DNA of 64,000 bases from an uncultured virus (IMG/VR IMGVR_UViG_3300042691_048032). Lineage: Duplodnaviria; Heunggongvirae; Uroviricota; Caudoviricetes. This document shows positions 28,201 to 35,789 of the stretch, piece after piece. Position 1 is the first letter of the stretch; every line of letters begins with the position of its first letter. The notes under the pieces were generated by a model, which was not told where the DNA came from, searched no databases, and worked only from the letters and a program-made list of their open reading frames with translations. The stretch lies in the IMG/VR virus record IMGVR_UViG_3300042691_048032. One strand, written 5' to 3'. The position numbers and the translations under genes were made by a program.

Positions 28201-31200
28201 GCTGGCCGCCCTGGACGCGGCGAAGAGCGGAGACGATGTCAAGAAGGCGTACCAGCAGATGGCGAACGCCGAGTCGCGGATAAGCAACCTCAAGGCGGTA
28301 CGGGACGCGTACGGCAACGCCCTCAAGGACTACAAGCAGAACACCGCCGTCCTGAACGTCGGCGGCGATTCGTACGACGTCCCGAAGAACACCGTCATCT
28401 CGACGGATCTGCCCAGCCTGGAGAAGGCCACCGACGTCTCGGCGGCCGTCGCGCCCATGTTCCCCGACGGAACCTCGTTGGGCATCTACAAGGATTCCTC
28501 GGGCCAGTACAGCATCATGAAGTTGGACGACGCCATCGCCGCCGGGATGCCGGCCCCCGAGGCGGTCTTCTCCAGCAACGGTGTCGGTGCGATCCCGACG
28601 GTCGACACGACGGCGTCGATGGATCTGAAGACCGCGCCCGGGATGCCCAAACTTCCGGACGGTTACAAGGGGACGCAGGTCCTCGGCGTCAACTCCTTCG
28701 ACGGAACGGCGGTCGGTCAGTACGTGCCGACACCGATGCTCCCGGACGGCTCCAACCCGCCGATCGACGAGAACCACCCCCTCGTGAAGGAGTGGGCGGC
28801 GAAGGTCTCCGACGGCACGGCAGACATCAGCGACGTCCCGAACGACCTCCTGAAGGAGGTCGTGTGGGCGAACACGCAGGGCGGCGGTGGCGGGAGTTCG
28901 GGTCGCTTCAAGCTGTTGTCGAAGGCGAGCGGTTACAACGACATCGGCAAGTCCCCCAAGGACCAGACACAGAGGTTCATGGACACGGCCACCGGCCAGA
29001 CGTTCGTCATCAAGAGCGCAACAAGGAACGACCAGGAGGGGATCCGAGAACTGTTCGGAAACCAGGTCATGCAGCTCCTCGGCTTCCCGTCATCGGGCGG
29101 GCGCACCGCCGGCCCGGTTGAGAAGTCGCCGAACAAGTTCCCGCCCGGACACCCAGAGCACGACCCCGAGGCGGAGCAGGTCGCCGTCCTCATCGAGTCA
29201 TCGGAGATGCTCTACGACGGCAAGCCGCTCGGACACGTCAGGAGCCTGCCGAAGGACGAGCGGGCCGACATCGTCGCAAGGCTTACGCCGGAGTCCGTTG
29301 GTGCCGGCCTGGTCATGGACTCCCTGTTCAGGTATTACGACCGACAGGAGGACAACTGGATCGCCGTCGAGTTGCCCGACGGGACGGTCGCGTACCACCC
29401 GATCGACCACGGCAACGCCTTTGGGCCGTTCAAGGGGCACAAGTTCTACGACAAGGACGGCAAGAAGCTCGGCAAGTCGCAGAGTTCGCCCGCCGACGAG
29501 GACAAGCTCGGACTCATGTTCTCGGGCCTCGACGGTGACGGCGTGTGGAACTTGGCGAAGGAGTCAATGACGACGCCGGAGCGGAGGTCCGCCTTCGCAG
29601 AGGGCGTACTCCACGCCGTGAGGAAGGCCGAGTCAACCGACTACGCGGAGGCCGGCGAGCGCCTCATCTCCGAGCAGAACCTGACCGGGCAGTTGGCCGA
29701 GAGGGTCAGGACATCCGCCAAGGAACTCGAAGGCAAGAAGGGGCGCCTCGACTCGTATGTCGACCCGATGCTCAGGGAGTTGGGCATGACCGACGACGAG
29801 ATCGCCTCGATCAGGGCGAAGGTTGACACGGACCTCGGCGGCGGCCTCGCCAAGGCCTCGCAGGCACCGAAGAAGGCCGTCCCCGCGTCGCCCGCGTCAA
29901 AGATGGTGTCGCCGACACCGATCAAGGGCGAGGAGGCCTTCGGGAACAGCCCGATCGCGGAGGGGGCCAAGACGGTCACGTCGTCGCTCGACAGCGCCGT
30001 CGCCCTGCCAGGCAGCGTCCACTACACGAGCGTCGGCGCCGGCAGGCAGACGAAGGACGGCGTCAGGTTCGTCTCTTGGGAGACGAACAAGCCCGGCGAG
30101 CAGGTCGTTTCGGCAGGCATGACCCTCGACAGCGAAACCGCCAAGAAGTTGGGGGCGGCACTCACGAACGGCGTTGACCTGCAGGGCAACCCGGTCGAGG
30201 TGCTCAAGTCCGGCCTTGCCCACATCGGCATCCAGCTGAAGGGCGGGAAGTGGACCTACGGGGACACCCCGCCCGACAGCGCCACGCAGGGCATCGGCGA
30301 CTACGGCCCCGCCGGCGAGAGGTTCGTCATCGCCAGGCTCCAGGACGGCACGATCGTCTCCGTCAACTACAGCAGCATCGACCCGAAGCTCGCCTCCGGC
30401 TCCTCGTACTCAACGAGGGACGTTGCCCAGGTCATCTACACCGACGGCAAGCCCTCCCCGGAAAGGGTTGCGTCCTCGCTCTCCGCGATGGGCGTTTCCG
30501 ACCTCGGTTACGCCGGCGAGAACGACTGGAAGGGGCGCGCGGCCGAACTTCTGGTGAGGACATACGACAACGAACTCGCCAACTCGGGCGATCAGATAGC
30601 CCAGAGGCTCGCCCGCATCGCCTCCGAGTACGGCGTCACCCTCAACGACGTCGAGCCCTACCACGACAGCATGGGTCGCCTGAGGTACCGCCTCACCGAG
30701 GAGGCCTGGGATCGGGTCGTCCAGAAGAAGCCCGGACTCGGCAAGACGACGCACATCGCCAAGTCCATGAACAACGTCACCGACGGCGCCAACGTCGTCC
30801 GCGTCATCACCACCGGGGGCATGCTCTCCAAGCAGGAGCAGGTCCTCAGCGGTTCCGGCCTCGTGTCGGGTGCGGCCGTGGGCGGCGGCGGCGTGGGGGC
30901 GTCCCCGGGTTCCGACCTGACGACGGGCGGGGGACTCGGTCTGTTCATGACGCCGTACTCGGGCGACAGCGACATGGGCGGCCCCAACGGCGTGCATGCG
31001 CAATCCATCAGCTACTGGGGCGGCAGCGCCGCCGTCCATGTCGTTTACGACGGGCAGGGGATGATGAGGGATCTCGGGTGGTGGGCGCACGGACCCAGCG
31101 ACGGCCCGTACGGTGCGCTCAACGCCGCCACATACCACGGGCAGGCTGCGCTGAACAACCCGCAGTACGGAGGCGACTCCATCACGGCGATGGACAAGGG

Positions 31201-31456
31201 AATGGTGTTCGAGTTCCTGCCGAACGGATCCGCCGCCCTCGACAATGCGATGGGCGTCATAGTCAGCGCAACGGTCAGGACACAGATCATCGACGCGCTG
31301 AAGGCAAAGGGCATCACGCAGGTCAACGGGATCCCGCTCGAGAAGTTCGTCGTCTCCAAGTCGGCGAAGAAGCAGTTGACGGAGATGCTCGGCCCGCGCT
31401 GGAAGAAGGACTACTTCGGCTCTGTCGGCACCAAGCAATCAACGGGTACGGTGTAG
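22298..31456 (+). CDS. 3052-aa polyvalent protein with HipA/PI3-PI4K-like kinase and putative C-terminal ADP-ribosyltransferase-like domain
   Basis: FVIKS...RELFGNQVMQLLG...DSLFRYYDRQEDNW...PIDHGNAF; C-terminal GGMLS...GLFMT...EFL. Confidence 0.75.
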   Translation: MRKSRVEFSVLNRKAAIEASSVALGVRMASRLSTGRTTAFSHSTKGVPFVHTEQIAFSSSRPSDRVHQERLEILVKSADAEIAQARLRVGSAEPQILLWPERDGSFDFKKLASIGRRGKRTAQGFDPNAEDADGDMLVQDGTPWERPKVPGASKRGRRKPGKTRVAVASGLERVADRIDEAAERRRSRREERGSLRERIAGRLEGAADRLDKKPGQKPKKVRRSPGEAFGDYLYGTDRVKPSRERPEEPGVADETVAPETPSAPEKPDAEVKPEKPKTPVEDVTTTATAKEKLPGRVIGKPDEDKSFVAVAARNASARKEDAYGNESQAASVVHVVENADGKFVAVDDERLSAMDGAKPLFTFRDGGLTHVDGEKRKKSGKTVTSEQVEAAPGWSMDETYKGSAIDRLSTLENTYFYKNGGKQFEEGENAYVIETSDGKFYIVDEEKMQALGVEPIRAEKTGRGEFIYGTEPKQDFVPRKVEEPKPVGEIPGEPPMEKPSLPDVAEDAKSPKSKKPKLKGKQDGKYKTEKNAAKRADQLSAEDGKTRHVVEAPGGGYAVVDQERLDAMGVEAVSTHNGKKIDTPVPQGEPEPGFVPPTVEETEDVPVNLPSFLQPKPGEQEAGAGGIKPPAKWDWDGTREYAQSAIDAAEELGKQGKLEESRAVAKEAKKKIAANYAADETTSESLSALLDELEYYSKANKSQVLAKLNEDDSPYRRWMDFDSSYSEDSSYDLDELNDALRNIEDARKQLSDLPNDEKQALDESYDDMINRLMDSEEKIGKRRDLEEILQEEEEIASAVKGPEAKPAPEKPDTAAGKPRKTIGLDTAKSVMEERISIIRDIAEMDGEDEEEITDQVKQAFTETSSYLDTIAANFDQIVFDTPGSVASWAERMRERADATPDPQEADAYKIVAEVLDDNPNMSSAVQVKIQISALSFEVMSMGDKYEPGEDLLGSGPTNESVTKKLDEGAVGLAETLNATMSGKYDDDTIESMQSTFKEAVYVLESLTPDEKAVMGDNYDAALEGAKNNIEILERLKGTGEDIGEVAKRFWEEKAEIPSQGGDNNKEQEVLSKLVTDGWLDENGDLKATTEQAQVMLNAYRSGLLDGSFPPETMAAVVALEKAIKAKADKDPLDGDSPLPYKTSQYIDVASLEEQEIPGSEGDMWDVEGLQEQFSEFMDLAKKDLISYWADPEKGAGGTVSLTKSMDDDQVEQEFLKTIAALEMAVNAGVATNPGGELPVAKLQRIKTHYHNFQVMAGRGKYSPENSPNLTPIDRFNHLSPSGQQSFLKAMENNFRGLAADDPDISEEEIDDVVREAMVAYNGILGKKGKAKKAKKAKPPAEQMKDSVVDGPSPEPAKPKAGGKSIRVGNGDTLSVLSPDEAEKAGVPKFDPNTEAKFPEGLIVGYIGGDDPDEDVSAAIIEAQLKGHQLFMPGDYEEGSLFASSFSTSDGKRVTVLLDNKHPVWESEGGLDAIFPNLYDQAGTGDVSNWVNLGELRQDKSPKKGSPLHGKTVADFDSSDVEAASVKFGPEAMELRAAIKALGEDPYSIFVDDATGMAEDLDKIMQGRFGPNGGVLVKTKDGMYHVVSRNDWQEITSGLSDDERGEIGEVVHSSKPESMNWALKKDTGTWSNPSKKLSDIDWDSIPKDEATEALKAFLENTTQGGVGQIAFGDSMKAGGISHPYGGLSGYTLQTLIDEHQMAFDQAGEESDSPNPSHPLNIHQDGRWGVFAFEVANQSDLPAAGKRPVVMRIGGKDLDFALKHPEVFGQPLLRYDRDTAQTLGNASDGTASASSFTGDLSSAVDAMFDDSVVGSELLKNAVAWRLKLDNKASSYGGGISSVEKVIGEAEDRLKAMRVTVDAAKKIAAGDLSKDEDSLTLDDLKPYLAQVSPDIEDPDAFVGKLKSTVVRLDVSNRYAANMRMAEQDGLETEIGLKDRLANNPKSAKDMVNEEKDVQNQLDAATKDLDSALAALDAAKSGDDVKKAYQQMANAESRISNLKAVRDAYGNALKDYKQNTAVLNVGGDSYDVPKNTVISTDLPSLEKATDVSAAVAPMFPDGTSLGIYKDSSGQYSIMKLDDAIAAGMPAPEAVFSSNGVGAIPTVDTTASMDLKTAPGMPKLPDGYKGTQVLGVNSFDGTAVGQYVPTPMLPDGSNPPIDENHPLVKEWAAKVSDGTADISDVPNDLLKEVVWANTQGGGGGSSGRFKLLSKASGYNDIGKSPKDQTQRFMDTATGQTFVIKSATRNDQEGIRELFGNQVMQLLGFPSSGGRTAGPVEKSPNKFPPGHPEHDPEAEQVAVLIESSEMLYDGKPLGHVRSLPKDERADIVARLTPESVGAGLVMDSLFRYYDRQEDNWIAVELPDGTVAYHPIDHGNAFGPFKGHKFYDKDGKKLGKSQSSPADEDKLGLMFSGLDGDGVWNLAKESMTTPERRSAFAEGVLHAVRKAESTDYAEAGERLISEQNLTGQLAERVRTSAKELEGKKGRLDSYVDPMLRELGMTDDEIASIRAKVDTDLGGGLAKASQAPKKAVPASPASKMVSPTPIKGEEAFGNSPIAEGAKTVTSSLDSAVALPGSVHYTSVGAGRQTKDGVRFVSWETNKPGEQVVSAGMTLDSETAKKLGAALTNGVDLQGNPVEVLKSGLAHIGIQLKGGKWTYGDTPPDSATQGIGDYGPAGERFVIARLQDGTIVSVNYSSIDPKLASGSSYSTRDVAQVIYTDGKPSPERVASSLSAMGVSDLGYAGENDWKGRAAELLVRTYDNELANSGDQIAQRLARIASEYGVTLNDVEPYHDSMGRLRYRLTEEAWDRVVQKKPGLGKTTHIAKSMNNVTDGANVVRVITTGGMLSKQEQVLSGSGLVSGAAVGGGGVGASPGSDLTTGGGLGLFMTPYSGDSDMGGPNGVHAQSISYWGGSAAVHVVYDGQGMMRDLGWWAHGPSDGPYGALNAATYHGQAALNNPQYGGDSITAMDKGMVFEFLPNGSAALDNAMGVIVSATVRTQIIDALKAKGITQVNGIPLEKFVVSKSAKKQLTEMLGPRWKKDYFGSVGTKQSTGTV

Positions 31457-31459
31457 GAA

Positions 31460-31912
31460 GTGGCGACGAAGAAGACTCTCGGCTTCAACGACATCGTTGA
31501 GCAGTACCAGCGCGTTGCCCCATGGCCCGCCCGCGTCGTCCAGCCCGAGGACGGGGACGACGAGAACTTCCCCGAGATGGTCGAGATGTGGGACTCGTCC
31601 CACCCCATGGTCTGTTACAGGCTGGACAGCCCAACCGCCAAGGATGTCATGACGACGGGGACGATCGTCGCTGGGAACAATGGCGATGCGTGGATGGAGA
31701 TGCCCGAGCTCAACGACAGCATCCGCAGAATGATCCGCCCGACCTCAATCTCCAAGAACCCCAACGGCCCGATCGTCATAATGACCCTCGACCGCGCGGA
31801 GGACCTTGCCATCAGGCCGCTCGTGGTCAGCGACGCCGTCTGGTTGATGGGCGAGCCCGTCAACAGCATGAAGGAACTGATCGACTACATAGGGGAGAAT
31901 GACGTCCTATGA
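31460..31912 (+). CDS. hypothetical protein (candidate immunity/partner)
   Basis: Starts 3 nt after the giant gene; acidic. Confidence 0.7.
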   Translation: MATKKTLGFNDIVEQYQRVAPWPARVVQPEDGDDENFPEMVEMWDSSHPMVCYRLDSPTAKDVMTTGTIVAGNNGDAWMEMPELNDSIRRMIRPTSISKNPNGPIVIMTLDRAEDLAIRPLVVSDAVWLMGEPVNSMKELIDYIGENDVL

Positions 31913-32211
31913 GCGACATGGTTGCCTACATCCACAACAGGAACGAAGGATCGCAGGATGGCCCACTGGCCATGATCGTGCTGGAGGGCGGTCGCCTGCA
32001 GTTCTTCGCCCCCGCCGGCTCCCCGTTCTCATCCAAGGTCAGGAGCCTGAACATCAGGTCGGTCGACCTCGACGAGGAAGAGGCCGCCGACTACTTCGAC
32101 ACGTACGTAGACAGGTGGAACGGACAGAACCTGCACGCCTCCGTCGCACCCCTCGAGGGGGCGGAGGCGAGGAAGGCCGAGGTCACCAAGGCCAAATGGA
32201 GGAAGTCGTGA
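31909..32211 (+). CDS. hypothetical protein (candidate immunity/antitoxin)
   Basis: ATGA and GTGA couplings at both ends. Confidence 0.7.
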   Translation: MSDMVAYIHNRNEGSQDGPLAMIVLEGGRLQFFAPAGSPFSSKVRSLNIRSVDLDEEEAADYFDTYVDRWNGQNLHASVAPLEGAEARKAEVTKAKWRKS

Positions 32212-35200
32212 AGCCCGTCGACCGGCGCGACGACCGCACCGCCCTCACGAGGGAGCAGGCCGTCGCCGCGGCGAGGTCAACGGGCTGCGAGGGGGCGCAC
32301 GAGGTGGAGGGCGGCTGGATGCCGTGTTCGTCGCCCGAGGAACTCAGGCGTGTTTCCGCCTCAGCGGAGAGCGACTCGTGGCTTGAGTCGTCCGTGTCCG
32401 ACAAGGGCGGGGTCTCGCCGTCGGGCAGGAGGCGCAAGAGGCGTGTCCGCCGATGGGAGAACCTGGTGGAGAGGTCCTACGGAATGACGGGCGTACCGGG
32501 TCTGGGTGTCGTTTCCGCCCCTCCCGCCAAGCCGACGTCGCCGATGGGCGACTCCTACGCCTCGGGACCGTCCGGGGTCATCACGCTGACGGCCGAGGGC
32601 AAGGCGTTCGCGCCTTTCACCCCAGAGGTCGGCGACCCCGACGTGTACACCTCCCCCGACGCGGCGAGGATGCGGGCTAGGCAGGTCGGCTGTACGGGGA
32701 TCAGGAGGTACACCACGCCGTCGGGAAGGCAGGCGTGGATGCCATGCACCACCGGTGTCACCTTCGACAGGAACATGGGATACGGGGCGTACTCTCGTAC
32801 GGGGAGCCGCCTCGAGTCGGCGAGGGTCGAGCGGGAGGTGCGCAGGCAACTGAGGGCCGCCGGGTTCAGCGGCAAGAAGTCCGCCAGAAGGCTCGCCGCT
32901 ACGCCGGCGAAGCCCTCGGAGAGGATCTCGGGCTCCTCCGTCAACAAGCCCGGCTCGTCCGCCTCGGCGAGGAGCGCATCGGGGATCGTGCTCTCGGCGG
33001 AGCAGCAGAAGGCACTCGTCGTCAAGGCGAGGGAGCACAACGCCAAGATGCGCGAGGCGGGCAAGCAGAAGTGGTCGAGGACGTCGTCCGCCACGCTCAA
33101 GGCAGTCATGAGGCGTGGCATGGGGGCGTTCAGCTCGTCCCACCGACCCGACGTCTCCTCCCGCCAGCAGTGGGGAATGGGCAGGGTGAACGCGTTCTTG
33201 GTGATGCTCGAGACGGGCAGGCCGAAGAACCCGAGATACACGACGGACAACGACCTCCTGCCCAAGGGCCACCCCTGGAAAGAACGAACGGCCGGTGGTC
33301 AGTCCACCAAGAAGGAGCCGATCGACGCAGACAGGGACGGGTGGGTCGACGAGGGCAAGCCGACGAGGAGGTTCGTCGGTTTCAGCCTCCTCGGTCGCGC
33401 CGCTAGGTCGGGCGCGGCGAGGGCGAGGACGATGGACGTCGCCGGCTCCGGCGGTTCGAGGCGCGGCAAGAGGACCGTCCGCGTCTCGGCTGGGGGCGGC
33501 ATCGCCGGCAGGGCAAGGGCTAGGAGGTTGTCCAGAGAGATCGAGGGCACGGTGTCGCGCATCTCCGAGGGGAGGACGACGCGCCCCGACTTCAAGCCGA
33601 GCATCACCGGGAACGTCCCGAAGAGGATCTCGTCCGACAGGCTGAGGAGGCTGAAGCCCCAACGCGTGAACCACAACTCGCTCGTCGCAACGCAGAGGGC
33701 CTACCCGAAGGCTCCGATGCCCGAGGGCGAACACAGGGTCACCACGCTGAAGGAGCTCGGCACCGCCCCCGGGGGCGGCATCGGCAGCACGTTCGACCAC
33801 TTCAAGATCGGCTCCGGGGAGATCCCCGCCGAGAGGAAGGCACTCCACGAGGAGATCATCCAGTCGATCCTGTTCGGCGGCGGCAAGTGGTCGCCGAAGA
33901 GGCAGGAGAAACCCGCCGTGTGGTTCATGGGCGGGGGGCCGGCCTCGGGGAAGACGTTCCTGAGGCAGGGCGGCTTCTTCGACACGCCATCCCGTGGCGA
34001 GGCGGTCCACCTCGACGCAGACGAGATCAAGCAGATGATCCCCGAGTTCGACTCGCTCGTCAAGGAACTCACGGACGCGGGCATGGACCCGACCGCCGCG
34101 GCGTCCGCCGTCCACTCCGAATCCACGTACATCCAGAGGCTTGCCATGGCCAGGGCCGCGGAGCAGGGCTTCCACATCGTCCTGGACAGCACGGGCGACG
34201 GTGGGCCGAAGAGCTTCCACTCCAAGATCGACGTCCTCAAGGCGGCCGGCTACAAGGTAAAGGGCAGGTTCGCAGACGTCTCGCTCGGGAAGGCGCTGTC
34301 GGACGCGAAGACCAGGCAGAAGGAAACGGGGCGCGGAGTACCCGACGACGTCGTCATCGACACCCACATCGACGTGGCAAGGGCGGTGCTGTACGGACTG
34401 CAGTACGACATCTTCGACGACCTGGAGATAGTCAGCAACGAAAACCACTCGTCCCCAACGACCATGGCCGCGTTCAAGGACGGCGTGCTCGTTGTCCACG
34501 ACCCCAAGAAGTGGTCAGAGTTCATCAGCAAGGCCAAACTCGCCTTCACCAATGACTACGAGAGCGACTACTTCGGTGGGGCGGACAGGGGCGCACGGGG
34601 CCGGTCGCCTCGCTCCAAGCCGAGGAAGACGAGGGTAAGTGGTGTCGACGGGGCGGACATGCTCGTCGCCGAGCCGGTTGAGTCTCTTGCTGACGCCCTC
34701 CCGAAGACGGGCATTGACTACCGCAAGGTGAAGGCAGTACCGGCGGAGAAAAGGGCCGCGATCGCGAAGGCCTACAATGGCCTGCCCGACAGGTCGCCGG
34801 AGGCGAAGGCCGCCTACGACGCCCTCGAGGCCGAGATCAGGGAGCAGTTCCGCATGTTGACCGATGACCTCGGGGTGGAGGTCCAGTTTGTCGACGAGGA
34901 CCCGTATGCCGACGCCGTGGAGATGATGGACGACGTGGAGAACAACGGTGTCCTGAAGGTGCTGAAGAGTTCTGCGACCGGTGGCCACCCGTATTGGTCG
35001 GACGAGACCAACGACATGTTCCGCGCCGTCCACGACGCCTTTGGGCATGCCGCCACGGGGCGCGGCTTTGACAGGCACGGCGAGGAGGCGGCCTACCAGG
35101 CCCACCGCTCCATGGTCAAGGACGCCCTGGCGCGTCTCGCCCTCGCCACGGAGACGAGGGGGCAGAACTCATGGCTCATCGAGAACGGTGAGTTCCCCGA

Positions 35201-35663
35201 GCAGAAGATGGCACTCCTCGACGAGGAACTCGCCAAGCAGGCCGGCGGTCTGCCGCAGATGCCGATGATGGCGGCCGTCCCCGACGTCGACCCCCAGCAA
35301 GAGGCCCAGTACGACGTCCCCGCAACGGCCGACCAAGACAACGCCTTCGAGAGCACGAGGTGCCACCACGTGTCCGGCGGCAGGAGGGTCGCAGCCACCG
35401 ATGCGGAGACCGACAGGTCGTCGCTCTACTCGTCGCTCGGCGAGGACGTCAGACTGTCCCCCGAGTCGAGGCAGAGGCTGTACGAGTTCGCCGCCCGCGG
35501 GGGTCAGACCCTCGAGGGGTCGGGCTTCGACGAATCCAACCCCAAGATCGCCGCGTACTTCAAGAGGGCGAAGAAATCGGTCAAGAAGATCGGCAAGGGC
35601 ATCGTGGCGGACATCCCGACCTCGGCGGTCGAGTCGGTCCCCGACACCATCGGTGCGGGATAG
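32208..35663 (+). CDS. multidomain protein: 2x WMPC (DUF3721-like), SHRP domain, zeta-toxin-like P-loop kinase, FRAVHD domain
   Basis: GC-x-G...WMPC twice; RRGMGAFSSSHRP...QWGMGRVNAFL; MGGGPASGKT...LDADEIK...VHSES...VLDSTG...GRGVP; NDMFRAVHDAFGH...GEE...ETRGQNS. Confidence 0.8.
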   Translation: MKPVDRRDDRTALTREQAVAAARSTGCEGAHEVEGGWMPCSSPEELRRVSASAESDSWLESSVSDKGGVSPSGRRRKRRVRRWENLVERSYGMTGVPGLGVVSAPPAKPTSPMGDSYASGPSGVITLTAEGKAFAPFTPEVGDPDVYTSPDAARMRARQVGCTGIRRYTTPSGRQAWMPCTTGVTFDRNMGYGAYSRTGSRLESARVEREVRRQLRAAGFSGKKSARRLAATPAKPSERISGSSVNKPGSSASARSASGIVLSAEQQKALVVKAREHNAKMREAGKQKWSRTSSATLKAVMRRGMGAFSSSHRPDVSSRQQWGMGRVNAFLVMLETGRPKNPRYTTDNDLLPKGHPWKERTAGGQSTKKEPIDADRDGWVDEGKPTRRFVGFSLLGRAARSGAARARTMDVAGSGGSRRGKRTVRVSAGGGIAGRARARRLSREIEGTVSRISEGRTTRPDFKPSITGNVPKRISSDRLRRLKPQRVNHNSLVATQRAYPKAPMPEGEHRVTTLKELGTAPGGGIGSTFDHFKIGSGEIPAERKALHEEIIQSILFGGGKWSPKRQEKPAVWFMGGGPASGKTFLRQGGFFDTPSRGEAVHLDADEIKQMIPEFDSLVKELTDAGMDPTAAASAVHSESTYIQRLAMARAAEQGFHIVLDSTGDGGPKSFHSKIDVLKAAGYKVKGRFADVSLGKALSDAKTRQKETGRGVPDDVVIDTHIDVARAVLYGLQYDIFDDLEIVSNENHSSPTTMAAFKDGVLVVHDPKKWSEFISKAKLAFTNDYESDYFGGADRGARGRSPRSKPRKTRVSGVDGADMLVAEPVESLADALPKTGIDYRKVKAVPAEKRAAIAKAYNGLPDRSPEAKAAYDALEAEIREQFRMLTDDLGVEVQFVDEDPYADAVEMMDDVENNGVLKVLKSSATGGHPYWSDETNDMFRAVHDAFGHAATGRGFDRHGEEAAYQAHRSMVKDALARLALATETRGQNSWLIENGEFPEQKMALLDEELAKQAGGLPQMPMMAAVPDVDPQQEAQYDVPATADQDNAFESTRCHHVSGGRRVAATDAETDRSSLYSSLGEDVRLSPESRQRLYEFAARGGQTLEGSGFDESNPKIAAYFKRAKKSVKKIGKGIVADIPTSAVESVPDTIGAG

Positions 35664-35789
35664 CACCTTTCCACTAGACACGCCACACGTCTTGCTACTC
35701 TTCGGGGCAGACAAGGAACGGCTGGGTGCTGACCTGAGCCACTGAGTCGGAAAACCGAACGCAAACAAACAAACAGGAGCAAAGCACCC

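Noticed and set aside
31899..32207. Upstream extension of the 1254-aa ORF
   Set aside because: Overlaps the better-supported 31909-32211 gene; the GTGA-coupled start at 32208 has a GGAGG RBS.
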